A stretch of DNA of 35,008 nt from Candidatus Micrarchaeia archaeon (GTDB lineage Archaea > Micrarchaeota > Micrarchaeia > CAILAH01), in NCBI GenBank assembly GCA_038740245.1, contig JAVYLZ010000005.1, positions 1 to 35,008 of the forward strand, written 5' to 3'. This document shows, piece after piece, positions 1 through 8,981 of the stretch. The position numbers were made by a program, and so were the translations under genes. The stretch's first letter is position 1. Each line of letters starts with the position of its first letter. The notes beneath the pieces are model-generated. The model worked only from the letters and a program-made list of their open reading frames with translations, was not told the origin of the DNA and did not search any database.

Positions 1-150
1 AACAACAAGTTCCTCCGAGCCCTTGTCTGCGCTCGTCACAATCTCCTTTCTGGACTTGTATTCCATCTCAATATTGCCCTGCATAAACAGTTCCCTGAGC
101 AGCTTGCCTGATATGCGAGCAGCCCGCGCAGCATCGTCTAAATAGCCCAT
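1..150 (-). CDS. Inositol monophosphatase (SuhB/FIG) family protein, N-terminal part; runs off the window edge
   Basis: Translated by hand from ATG at 150: MGYLDDAARAARISGKLLRELF...YKSRKEIVTSADKGSEELVV, matching the K..(D/E)xVTxAD..SE N-terminal motif of the family. Starts just after the fni stop. Confidence 0.75.
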   Translation of the reverse strand, partial: MGYLDDAARAARISGKLLRELFMQGNIEMEYKSRKEIVTSADKGSEELVV

Positions 151-151
151 A

Positions 152-1207
152 CTATCTCCTTTTGCCGAAATGTGCCACCCGTATGCCCTTGGCGTGCATA
201 TACCTGCCCAATTTGCCCGTAATTATGAGGTTTGCAGATTGCAGGTCGCGCACGCGCCGTGAGTTCGTGAGCATCATCGTGCGCTTAAGGCCCGTGATCC
301 ACCATTCAATCTCCTGCTCAAGCCGCTTTTTGAAGTAAGCATCCATGAACACGCGCGCACCGCCTGCTATGTGTGCGCCAAGCGACAGCGCCTTTGCAGC
401 GTCAAGCCCGGTGCGTATGCCGCCGCTTGCGATTGTGAAGATGCCTGTGCGTGCAACCTCCATCGTGCAGATTGGCGTTGGAGAACCCCATTCACCGAAC
501 TGCCTAGCATTGCCGCCCCGGTATTCCTCAACTTTAGCCCACGATGTCCCGCCCGAGCCGGCCACATCAATGCCAGCAACAGGTATGCCTTTGCGCGCAA
601 TCCTTTCAACAACGCTTCGTGTAATGCCAGCTCCCGTTTCCTTGAGTATAACCGGGAATTCAATCTCGCGCACTATTATGTTTATGCGCTCGGCAAGCCC
701 GCGGAAGTCCCTGTCGCCCTCAGGCTGGATAAGTTCCTGCAAGGTGTTTAGATGTATGGCCAGGTAATCCGCACCAACATCCTTGAGCATATCGTTGATT
801 TGCACCGGCTTGTATGCTGCCAATTGTGCAGCCCCTATATTGCCAACCACGGGAATTGTAGGTGCAACATCACGCACGCAGTATGTCTTGGTGAGGCCCT
901 TGTCCTCAAGCATTGCACGCTGTGAGCCAAGGCCGAATGCTATGCCGTATTTTTCACAGGCACTTGCAAGACCCTTGTTTATCCTGATGGCATCATTGTA
1001 GCCGCCTGTTATTGCACATACCATAAAAGGGCAGTTTAAATCGTGCTTGAGGAAGCGCGCGCTTGTGTCAAGGTCCCCGTAATCCAACTCCGTGAGTGCA
1101 TCGTGCTCAAACTGCATATCATCAAAATAGTTGTGCGAATAAGAGACATCTTTCTTAAGGCAGATATTGATGTGCTCGCCTTTTCTTTTCTTGGTTTGGC
1201 CTTTCAT
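152..1207 (-). CDS. fni: Type 2 isopentenyl-diphosphate delta-isomerase (FMN-dependent)
   Basis: RKGEHI, AITGG, GSQR, HLNTLQELIQPEGD, VILKETGAG, GGTSW and SGGIRTGLD motifs. Start placed at ATG 1207. Confidence 0.96.
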   Translation of the reverse strand: MKGQTKKRKGEHINICLKKDVSYSHNYFDDMQFEHDALTELDYGDLDTSARFLKHDLNCPFMVCAITGGYNDAIRINKGLASACEKYGIAFGLGSQRAMLEDKGLTKTYCVRDVAPTIPVVGNIGAAQLAAYKPVQINDMLKDVGADYLAIHLNTLQELIQPEGDRDFRGLAERINIIVREIEFPVILKETGAGITRSVVERIARKGIPVAGIDVAGSGGTSWAKVEEYRGGNARQFGEWGSPTPICTMEVARTGIFTIASGGIRTGLDAAKALSLGAHIAGGARVFMDAYFKKRLEQEIEWWITGLKRTMMLTNSRRVRDLQSANLIITGKLGRYMHAKGIRVAHFGKRR

Positions 1208-1266
1208 AGCACAACATATTACCTGTAAATATAAAAACAAATCATTTTGCCAGCGAATCCCATTGG

Positions 1267-2046
1267 CTATGCTTCCTTGATTTCCCTGTTCAGCTCCATT
1301 TTAGTGAGCAATAGCAGCGAAATCTCGTTTATTGAGAGGGGGCGCTCGTTTATGCCTTCCTCTTTTGGGAACAGTTTGCTTGAGTCGCCCATAATGAATT
1401 CCCGCCGCATTGAATCCCCATTAGGGAGCCGTGTTTTTACAACATAGCCCTCCATTTTGCCGAAAGATGTCCCGCAAACCTCAATGTAGGTCCCTTTGTG
1501 CGTGTAGATGTTTTTGAGGCCGGGCACACTCCCTTTTTCGTTTGCCTCGTTAACGTAAACAATCTGCTCAATAGCCGGCAACTCTGTGGCTGGGAGGCCA
1601 AATTTCTGCTCCAGTATCCGCTGAAACATCTCAGGCCTGAGGTGCTGCTTTAGGTGAAGCATTGCAGTTGCATCAATCTCAGGCGCAACAGCGTTGCTGA
1701 CCATGCACAGCAAGAACGCCTCCGCACCGTCAAGGTCCGCCATCAGCATTTTGCTTAGTGCCCCTTTCTTGATGGACACTGTGCCATCCTTGCCCACCGA
1801 GCGCAGCTTTATTACGGGCTCATTTTCGCCCCGCTTGTAGGCCTTTGCAGACACTTCCATTAGCGGCTCCTCGTCAAACGGCTTGCAGCAGCCGAAAGCA
1901 AAAACCCTGCGCACACCGCAGCTGAACGATGCCTTCTTGCGGACCTTTACCGGCCGGACAATGTCATAAGGCAGCATACTTGAATTTTTGAGAACCATAT
2001 ATAAATACCTTGCTTTCTGTGCGTCAGGGCCTGTCTGCCACCCCAT
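1267..2046 (-). CDS. Hypothetical protein
   Basis: 259-aa ORF overlapping the end of the upstream gene; no recognised motif. Confidence 0.65.
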   Translation of the reverse strand: MGWQTGPDAQKARYLYMVLKNSSMLPYDIVRPVKVRKKASFSCGVRRVFAFGCCKPFDEEPLMEVSAKAYKRGENEPVIKLRSVGKDGTVSIKKGALSKMLMADLDGAEAFLLCMVSNAVAPEIDATAMLHLKQHLRPEMFQRILEQKFGLPATELPAIEQIVYVNEANEKGSVPGLKNIYTHKGTYIEVCGTSFGKMEGYVVKTRLPNGDSMRREFIMGDSSKLFPKEEGINERPLSINEISLLLLTKMELNREIKEA

Positions 2047-2620
2047 TCATATCCTCGTAGGGGACTACATAGTCCATATAAATGCGGTTGCTGTACGTCC
2101 GCTCCATAAGGTAGCTTGAGCCGGTTATCCGTGCCATTGCGCGCAGCACTTCAAGGGCCTCCGGGTATTTTTTGTCGTGACCCTCCTTGCAGTGGAAAAG
2201 TGAAGTCTCAATCTGCGTCTCAGTCCACCTAAATGGCTCTCCGGAAGTCCCTATCCCCAAGAACATCCTGTAGAAATCAAGCTTGCTCTCGTTGTAGGAC
2301 ATAGGGCGCGTTGGAAACCCTTCAATCACACTTTTAAGCCACCACATCCCCGTTAGTACTGAGAGAAAGCCCCACAGCGTTCCATTCCCGAAAGCATTTG
2401 TTACTGCACATCCCCCAAGCCCCATTGTGATAAGTAGCGTAAATGCTTTGCCGCGCTCCACATTTTCCGGGGTATTGAATTCATCCCACTCCTGGATTTC
2501 CTTATTTACTTTGGCATCCAGCTTTACGTATTCCTTTTCAATAAGCAGCTTGCTCAGGAGCCGTATCTTGTCAACGGATTCCTGCGGCGTTTGTATGCGT
2601 TTTGCGTTTAGTGTGCGCAT
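2024..2620 (-). CDS. Hypothetical membrane protein (about two TM helices)
   Basis: 198-aa ORF with hydrophobic hairpin AFTLLITMGLGG...LWGFLSVLTGMWWL; AT-rich TATA-like element about 25-30 nt upstream. Confidence 0.7.
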   Translation of the reverse strand: MRTLNAKRIQTPQESVDKIRLLSKLLIEKEYVKLDAKVNKEIQEWDEFNTPENVERGKAFTLLITMGLGGCAVTNAFGNGTLWGFLSVLTGMWWLKSVIEGFPTRPMSYNESKLDFYRMFLGIGTSGEPFRWTETQIETSLFHCKEGHDKKYPEALEVLRAMARITGSSYLMERTYSNRIYMDYVVPYEDMNGVADRP

Positions 2621-2694
2621 ATATCTAAGGTGCTCATATTAATTTTTAATACATTTTGGTTTTGCATATCGCTGAAACCTAACTTAACGACGGG

Positions 2695-2781
2695 CGCCCG
2701 AGGCAGGATCGAGCAAACTGAGCGCAGCGAATTTGCGAGATAAGCCGCGGGCCAAGAACTAGGTAAACGCCCGAGGCAGGA
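2695..2781. repeat. 14-bp exact direct repeat (2695-2708 and 2768-2781) duplicating the 3' exon of tRNA-Asn
   Basis: cgcccgaggcagga occurs twice, 73 nt apart. Confidence 0.9.
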
Positions 2782-2957
2782 CAGCCAGCTTGCTGGCGTG
2801 TTGACACCAGCCAAGCATTTGAACCTGCGACCTCCCGGTATGAGGGCGCATCCCCCACATCCGCGGAAATGGGATGCGCATTCCACTTATTATCCACTGG
2901 AAGAAAACCTTCCAGAGGCATAACAGCCGGACGCTCTACCAACTGAGCTACTCGAGC
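2768..2957 (-). tRNA. tRNA-Asn(GUU) with intervening sequences at 37/38 (2840-2920, 81 nt) and 59/60 (2782-2817, 36 nt)
   Basis: Exons 2957-2921, 2839-2818 and 2781-2768 join to a 73-nt cloverleaf: acceptor GCTCGAG/CTCGGGC, D-arm GCTC..GAGC, anticodon stem TCCGG/CCGGG with loop CT-GTT-AA, T-arm GCAGG-TTCAAAT-CCTGC, discriminator G. No encoded CCA. Confidence 0.92.
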
Positions 2958-2983
2958 ATTACGGGGATATTAGAATGGAATTG

Positions 2984-2993
2984 TTTTATAAAT
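2984..2993 (-). promoter_or_regulatory. TATA box of tRNA-Asn
   Basis: TTTATAAA on the minus strand about 30 nt upstream of tRNA G1. Confidence 0.6.
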
Positions 2994-3013
2994 ATGACAC
3001 AAAAACGGAAAAG

Positions 3014-3310
3014 TCAGGCCGTGCTGCACTGCTGGTGCGAGCAGCCCCCCTTGAAGAACCCGCCCACAAAGCCCAGCATTGCGCCCAGCGCCACAAGGTC
3101 TGGGTTTTGCACGCCTACTAGCTCAAACCCGTGTATTACAAGGGGGCCGAGCACGGGCACGTATTGCAGTATGAACCCAGTGGCTGCACCGATAAGCGCC
3201 CCGATGATTGCAAAGAAAAATATGGCAAGTATGCCCACTATCACCGCGAATATGCCGATGAGTGAGGCCATCACCCCCATACCAACTGCCTTCATCAAGG
3301 GCTTGGGCAT
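3014..3310 (-). CDS. Small membrane protein
   Basis: Gly-rich hydrophobic ORF; GGTG RBS upstream of ATG 3310. Confidence 0.75.
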   Translation of the reverse strand: MPKPLMKAVGMGVMASLIGIFAVIVGILAIFFFAIIGALIGAATGFILQYVPVLGPLVIHGFELVGVQNPDLVALGAMLGFVGGFFKGGCSHQQCSTA

Positions 3311-3324
3311 TACCGGCACCTTGT

Positions 3325-3729
3325 TTAGGAGTACTTGTCCGCGTACCCGCCAATGACAGGCAGCTTGTACATTTCGCCCTCAAAGGCCTTCCATGCACCG
3401 AACAGGAGTGAGATTAGGGCTACCAGCCCAAGCGGGAAGATGCACAGGTATACCATCCCGCCTATACCGCCGAGAGGCATTGTTATGATAGTGAGCACGA
3501 ATGATATGCCCAGAAGCACAATGAATACTACAGTCCATGCCACTGCAAGGATGGTCGCCTGCATTGCGTGGAACCTCACGAACTTGCTCTCCTTCTTCAC
3601 AAGATAGAGTATGATTGCAAGCACGCCGAGCAGGTAAGATAGTGCGCCAAGGATATTATCATCCTTATCATTAGATGGCGTAGATGGCTTTACTTCTGCA
3701 GCAGGTTTTGGTTTTTCCTTTTTAGGCAT
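3325..3729 (-). CDS. DUF4870/Tic20-like membrane protein
   Basis: GALSYLLG...KFVRFHAMQA...KAFEGEMYKLPVIG pattern; GGTGAT RBS before ATG 3729. Confidence 0.88.
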   Translation of the reverse strand: MPKKEKPKPAAEVKPSTPSNDKDDNILGALSYLLGVLAIILYLVKKESKFVRFHAMQATILAVAWTVVFIVLLGISFVLTIITMPLGGIGGMVYLCIFPLGLVALISLLFGAWKAFEGEMYKLPVIGGYADKYS

Positions 3730-3816
3730 AATTATCACCACTCGTTATAATGGGCAGATATGTTAATAAAGCAATTTGCATGCACGCATATTTAACTTTC
3801 CCGCTTAAAAGCACGC

Positions 3817-3909
3817 ATGGCGTATTTGGAGATGGCTTTCGTTGTATTGATTGTAGGGGTGGCGGTTGCAGGTCTGTGTGCGATTAGCAGTATGTTTAGG
3901 CGCAAATAA
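3817..3909 (+). CDS. Putative 30-aa single-TM microprotein
   Basis: MAYLEMAFVVLIVGVAVAGLCAISSMFRRK; TATTTAA about 25 nt upstream (leaderless geometry); fills an otherwise empty gap. Confidence 0.5.
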   Translation: MAYLEMAFVVLIVGVAVAGLCAISSMFRRK

Positions 3910-4017
3910 TTTGCGCAAATTAAGGTGTGCGATAGGCCCTCATATAGGTGTCTGGCTGATACTGTGCATATGCAGATCCTGTGGTTATTTATAAGTATTT
4001 ACGCAATACTTTGGATT

Positions 4018-4488
4018 ATGCTTAAGCAGAATGTGCACCGGGGGCAGGGCAGTGTTGAGTATCTTTTCATCTTGGGCGTCCTGTTTGTAGTGGGGCTTGT
4101 GGTGCTGGGCCTGCTTACGGGCCTTGGCGCCAGCAGTGAGGAGGTAAGCCCAGAACAGAGCGCTGAATACTGGCGCACTGCAGAGATAGGCATAGTTAGC
4201 CATTCGGCAAACTCATCAGTCATGCTGCTAACACTGCACAACAGCCAGCCGTTCAAAATAACTATTGATGAGGTTTCGCTTATAGGCAAAAAGGGAAGGG
4301 TTGCGGCTGTATCCCCTGCACTTGAGATGGTTACTGGGCAGGAGTCCCCCGTCCTTATTGAAGGCATACCCTGCGAGCCAGGCTCCGCGTACCGTTACAC
4401 AGTTCAAGTGGTATATTCTGAGCCGACGTCCGGCAGGATGTTTGTATTCGTGGGAAAAGCACCGGTTATGGGCACATGCGGCGAATAA
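4018..4488 (+). CDS. Class III signal peptide (archaeal pilin-like) protein
   Basis: RG|QGSVEYLFILGVLFVVGLVVL prepilin motif; TTTATAAG box at about 3988-3995 supports ATG 4018. Confidence 0.85.
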   Translation: MLKQNVHRGQGSVEYLFILGVLFVVGLVVLGLLTGLGASSEEVSPEQSAEYWRTAEIGIVSHSANSSVMLLTLHNSQPFKITIDEVSLIGKKGRVAAVSPALEMVTGQESPVLIEGIPCEPGSAYRYTVQVVYSEPTSGRMFVFVGKAPVMGTCGE

Positions 4489-4503
4489 TAAATCAACTAA
4501 AAA

Positions 4504-4860
4504 TCAGCCGTTATTTTTAAAGACCGTCGATTCAAGGTATTCCATCTTTTTAATGCCGCCCTCAAAAACCTTCATATCCTTGATTTCGCTGTTGTCAACC
4601 GTAAGGTAATACACTTTTGTGTTGTCGGTCATAAGGACCTTGCCGAACAGCTTGTCCCCCTTCATCTTGAGCCGCGAGGTGTCAATCCTAACATCTTTCG
4701 GCAACTCCTCAGGATTAACGCTTGCGAGCGACTTGTTGATGCGCTCAAGCGACGCCTTCGCGTCCTTGTACACCTTGCTGTTCGGGTCCAGTTGAGGCAT
4801 CAGCTCCTCCAAATTCTTCTTTATCTCAAGCAACCGCTTAAGTATAATCATCCTCATCAT
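4504..4860 (-). CDS. Hypothetical protein
   Basis: 118-aa charged ORF with ATGA-type overlap with the upstream ORF. Confidence 0.65.
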   Translation of the reverse strand: MMRMIILKRLLEIKKNLEELMPQLDPNSKVYKDAKASLERINKSLASVNPEELPKDVRIDTSRLKMKGDKLFGKVLMTDNTKVYYLTVDNSEIKDMKVFEGGIKKMEYLESTVFKNNG

Positions 4861-5120
4861 TTATTCCACCTCTCAATGCATCCAAGCAGGCGTTCACACA
4901 CGTTTGCTTCCCATTGCAATGCTTGGGTGTTCATATTACGCAAGAAAGACTCCTCTTTTAAAAGGGCAGTAGTCTTTTTGGGGGTTTGGTTCTCATATCT
5001 TTCTACTGTTTGTCCAAGTGCAAATAGACCGTTTGCCTCCCGTGTTATCCGTGTTATGGAAGTAGTAAGTTCTTCCAACTTTTTATCCTTTTGAACCTGA
5101 GCAGCCATAATCAGCACCAT
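4857..5120 (-). CDS. Hypothetical helical protein
   Basis: 87-aa ORF with TTTATA about 25 nt upstream; alternative start at ATG 5108. Confidence 0.6.
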   Translation of the reverse strand: MVLIMAAQVQKDKKLEELTTSITRITREANGLFALGQTVERYENQTPKKTTALLKEESFLRNMNTQALQWEANVCERLLGCIERWNK

Positions 5121-5216
5121 AATCCCTTCTCCGTGTAGGAATATAAATGTTTTGGAAGGGAAATGCGCTTTGCACCTTTGGCTGCTGCTGTGTGCAGAGG
5201 CGTATCCCCTAGCAAG

Positions 5217-8072
5217 CTATTGCTTAACCTTGATTGAGATCCACACGGTGTTCCCGCCCACTTCAATTTCCTTTGGCGTGCCCTCGCCGCGCTCCATCCG
5301 TATCTCATCGCCCTGCACGTCGCGCATAATCTCCCTGCCATGCATTTCAATGCACTTGCGCACGTCCTCAGAGTCGGTTTCAACGAAGAGCACAACACGG
5401 TCCTTGATTGTAAGCTTGAGCTCCTTGCGGTAACTGTTGATTTTGCGCGTGAGGTCGCGAGCAAGGCCCTCAATCCTGAGCTCTGGTGTGATGGTTGTGT
5501 CAAGCACAACTGAAACTTCCTTGGCAGCCGTATCAGCAAGTACAGCTTCCCTTACATTAACTTCATCACGTATTATCGCGAGGTATTCATCGCTCAGTGT
5601 GGCCCCGTTTATGGCAAGCCTTGGCAATACCTGCCTCACTGCAACCTTGGCTTTCTCGCGCTGCTCAAGCGCCATGCTCACTATTGTGCGCGCCAGCGCC
5701 ATTTTTTCGTCAATTTCTCCTAAGATTAGCGCCTCATTATACGCCGGCCACTTGTCAAGGTGCACGGACTCCTCAAGCTTTGCGCCGGATTTCCTGAATG
5801 ACTGGTAAATGTGCTCTGGCAGGAATGGCGAGATTGGCGCAAGCAGCCGTGCAGTTGTATGGAGCACGTATGCAAGCGTCCTAACCGCTTCGGTTCGTTC
5901 GGCCACATTTTCGCTCTTGAACCGCTCGCGGCTCCTCCTAACGTACCATGTGGATATGTCATCAACGAGTTTCACGATCTCGGCACATGCATCAGGGGTA
6001 TTGTAATTTTCAAGCGCATCAGTCACATTTTTTGTTGCTGAGTTTACACGGCTTATAATCCATCTGTCAAGCAGGTTTTTTGACGAAGTGTCATTAAACA
6101 CCCTGTTATCTGCACCATAAAGCAGGTAGAACTGGTGCACGTTGCCCAGCAGCATGAACACCTTCCGGTATATGTCCTTAAGGTGCTCCTCGTTGAAGTT
6201 GATGTCCTGCGCCTTCATGAGGTTTGATGCCATCAGGTAAAACCTGAGCGAGTCGGCACCGTATTTCTCAAACATGAGCATGGGATCAGGGAAATTGCCC
6301 TTGGACTTTGACATTTTTGTGCCGTCTGAAGCGAGCATGTTGCCCGTGACAACAACATGCTTGAACGGCGGGTGCCCGAACAGCAGCACACCCATCACGT
6401 GCATGTAATAAAACCACGCGCGCACCTGCCCAACATATTCTGAAACAAAATCACAGGGGTAGTTGTCCTTGAACCACTCAACGTTCTCAAACGGCCAGTG
6501 CTTTGCGGCGTAGGGCATGCTGCCCGACTCAAGCCAGCAGTCAAACACCTCGGGTATGCGCGACATCTGGCCGCCGCATTTTTGGCATTTGAGGTGTATG
6601 CCGTCAACGATATGCTTGTGCAGGTCAACATCATCAGGCACTTTTTCAACTGCCTTTTGCTGAAGCTCCTTTATGCTGCCTATTATCTCCATTGCATTGC
6701 ACTTTTCGCATTTCCATACGGGGATTGCGGTTGCCCAGAACCTGTTGCGTGAGATGCTCCAGTCGGGCGCGGTCTCAAGTATGTCCCTGAACCTGCCTTC
6801 CTTTATGTTTTCCGGGTGCCAGCTTATCTCGCTGTTCTTGTTTATCAGCTCCTGCTTTATGCCCTGTATGTTTATGAACCACGAGTCAACTGCATTGTAG
6901 AACAGCGGTGTGTTGCACCTGTAGCAGAAGGGATACGAGTGCGTGTAATCGCTCGCCTCATACAGGAGGCCGCGCTCATCCAAGTCCTCAATTATATGTT
7001 TGTCTGCGTGCTTGAACCACATGCCCCTGAACTTTTCTGGACCGTCAACTAAGCGGCCATCCCTCCCAACGTGCTGCACTATCGGGAGCCCGTACTTGAC
7101 AATCATCCTGTAGTCAAAATCACCATAGAGCGCCATGTGCACGACACCAGTGCCGTCCTCAGTGGTGACCTCATCGCCGCCATCTATCACGTAATACCCT
7201 TTCTTTCCCTTTGCGGCGGCAACTTCATACAGCGGCTCATATTCCCTTCCCAGCAGTTTTTCACCGCTGAATTCCTCAACAACCGCACCTTCAAGGCCAA
7301 GCGCTTCCACCCGCGGCTTCGCAAGTATAAGCGTTTCTCCGTGGGCCTGCACTTTTACGTATGGGATTTTTGGGTTTACTGCAAGCGCCACATTGCCAAC
7401 AAGCGTCCAGGGCGTGGTTGTCCACGCAAGGATATAGGTGTTGGGCTCATCCTTGAGCCTGAACTTTACTGTTATCGCCCGTTCAGTGACATCCTTGTAG
7501 CTGTTATCCATTGCGATTTCAGCATTGGAAAGCGGGGTTTCGCATCTGGGGCAGTACATAAGTATCTTCTTGCCCTCGTAAATGTGCCCTCCCTCGTAAA
7601 GCTTCTTGAAGATATGCCATATGGTTTCCATATAGGTGTTATCCATGGTCTTGTAGGCATCGTCAAACTCTATCCACTTGCCCATGCGCACAACTGTCTT
7701 TTTCCATTCATTTGCGAAGAACAGCACTTTTGAGCGGCAAAACTCATTGAATTTAGCAACGCCCATTGCCTCAATTTCCTTTTTCTCCTTTATCCCCAGC
7801 TCTTTTTCGGCGATATTCTCAATTGGCAGGCCGTGGCAGTCCCATCCCCACCTGCGCTCAACCCTGTATCCCTTCATAGTCCAATATCTCGGGAACAGGT
7901 CCTTGCTGGTAAGCCCAAGGATGTGTCCATAATGCGGGAGCCCAGTAGCAAAGGGAGGCCCATCATAAAATACATACTGCCGGTTTATAGGCCTCTGCGC
8001 AACGGATTTTTCAAACACGCTGTTCTCTTCCCAGTATTTGATTATTGAATGCTCAATTTCAGAATGGTTCAT
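5217..8072 (-). CDS. ileS: Isoleucine--tRNA ligase (IleRS2/eukaryote-like type)
   Basis: FYDGPPFATGLPHYGH, GWDCHGLP, WTTTPWTL, DWSISRNRFW and KMSKSKGN motifs. Confidence 0.98.
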   Translation of the reverse strand: MNHSEIEHSIIKYWEENSVFEKSVAQRPINRQYVFYDGPPFATGLPHYGHILGLTSKDLFPRYWTMKGYRVERRWGWDCHGLPIENIAEKELGIKEKKEIEAMGVAKFNEFCRSKVLFFANEWKKTVVRMGKWIEFDDAYKTMDNTYMETIWHIFKKLYEGGHIYEGKKILMYCPRCETPLSNAEIAMDNSYKDVTERAITVKFRLKDEPNTYILAWTTTPWTLVGNVALAVNPKIPYVKVQAHGETLILAKPRVEALGLEGAVVEEFSGEKLLGREYEPLYEVAAAKGKKGYYVIDGGDEVTTEDGTGVVHMALYGDFDYRMIVKYGLPIVQHVGRDGRLVDGPEKFRGMWFKHADKHIIEDLDERGLLYEASDYTHSYPFCYRCNTPLFYNAVDSWFINIQGIKQELINKNSEISWHPENIKEGRFRDILETAPDWSISRNRFWATAIPVWKCEKCNAMEIIGSIKELQQKAVEKVPDDVDLHKHIVDGIHLKCQKCGGQMSRIPEVFDCWLESGSMPYAAKHWPFENVEWFKDNYPCDFVSEYVGQVRAWFYYMHVMGVLLFGHPPFKHVVVTGNMLASDGTKMSKSKGNFPDPMLMFEKYGADSLRFYLMASNLMKAQDINFNEEHLKDIYRKVFMLLGNVHQFYLLYGADNRVFNDTSSKNLLDRWIISRVNSATKNVTDALENYNTPDACAEIVKLVDDISTWYVRRSRERFKSENVAERTEAVRTLAYVLHTTARLLAPISPFLPEHIYQSFRKSGAKLEESVHLDKWPAYNEALILGEIDEKMALARTIVSMALEQREKAKVAVRQVLPRLAINGATLSDEYLAIIRDEVNVREAVLADTAAKEVSVVLDTTITPELRIEGLARDLTRKINSYRKELKLTIKDRVVLFVETDSEDVRKCIEMHGREIMRDVQGDEIRMERGEGTPKEIEVGGNTVWISIKVKQ

Positions 8073-8190
8073 TTGGCCACCTTATGCGCCTTTCTTAAAG
8101 CCAGCATATTTTTTATATGTGAATTGGGTGTATCACACCCATGCCGCGTTATTGGAAATGTTTATATATTAGGTTTGATGAAAATAAAAT

Positions 8191-8979
8191 ATGCCCCGCG
8201 CAGTGATTTTTGGGGAGAACCACCAATCACGCAATCTCCAGAAAATAGGTCGCACGCTCAGCCCTATTTTTGACAAGAAAAGGGATGTGCTCATTGCGGA
8301 GGCATGGGGTGCCAAAAGCCCGCATGAATTTGAAAGCCCCCTAAAAAGTGAAATGTACGAGGCCTACCGTAGGGTTGCTGCGCCTATTTATGGCAGCCTG
8401 CTCGGTGAAAACCTAAACGCATACCGTAACGCACGCGGTTTGCCCAATGTCCGGCTGATGGGGCTTGAGCCGCTTTTAGCGCTTGATATGATGTCTGTGG
8501 TAGATTGTGCGGTTAATGGTGGGGAAGTATTGTCCCCCAGAAAAGCGGCATCGCTTATCAGGTATGGCGGGGAAGGCATAAGTGATGAAATGGCACTTAA
8601 CTATTTGGCAGTATACATGTGGGTACTGAAATGCGCATCGGATTTAGGGCCGGAATTTAAGGAAACGGTTGAGAAGCTTTCTGGAAAGAGGATTGAGGCG
8701 GATGGTTTCACGCAGCCCGTGTTCTCAAAGGAGGATTACTGGTGGCTTGTTTGCGTTAGGTCAGTGCTGCAGGCGCAATCCATCATGCATTATCTTAATG
8801 CCGGCAGGAATGTCTATGCGATATGTGGCATGCGGCACGTTAAGCATGTTGTTGATGAGGTGCGCAGCAAAGGGCATTATGATATTGAAATATACTTAAC
8901 CGAGCCTGCCGGCACAGTGGCTAATTCTGTTGGCGAAATATTTGAAATAGAAAAAGTGAAAATCAATTTTATGAATTAA
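8191..8979 (+). CDS. Hypothetical protein, possibly EreA/ChaN/TraB-like fold
   Basis: N-terminal VIFGENH, LIAEA and C-terminal AICGMRHV resemble the GExH...E...GxxH metal-site pattern; TTTATATA box upstream. Confidence 0.6.
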   Translation: MPRAVIFGENHQSRNLQKIGRTLSPIFDKKRDVLIAEAWGAKSPHEFESPLKSEMYEAYRRVAAPIYGSLLGENLNAYRNARGLPNVRLMGLEPLLALDMMSVVDCAVNGGEVLSPRKAASLIRYGGEGISDEMALNYLAVYMWVLKCASDLGPEFKETVEKLSGKRIEADGFTQPVFSKEDYWWLVCVRSVLQAQSIMHYLNAGRNVYAICGMRHVKHVVDEVRSKGHYDIEIYLTEPAGTVANSVGEIFEIEKVKINFMN

Positions 8980-8981
8980 GA

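Noticed and set aside
2839..2845. Alternative splicing giving a CAU (Met/Ile) or UCA (opal suppressor) anticodon from CCTCATA at the intron end
   Set aside because: CAU would leave a 6-nt loop, and UCA would need C33 and a junction without BHB support. G73 and GUU fit Asn.
2608..2942. ORFs 2608-2886 and 2679-2942
   Set aside because: They overlap the tRNA-Asn gene and are spurious.
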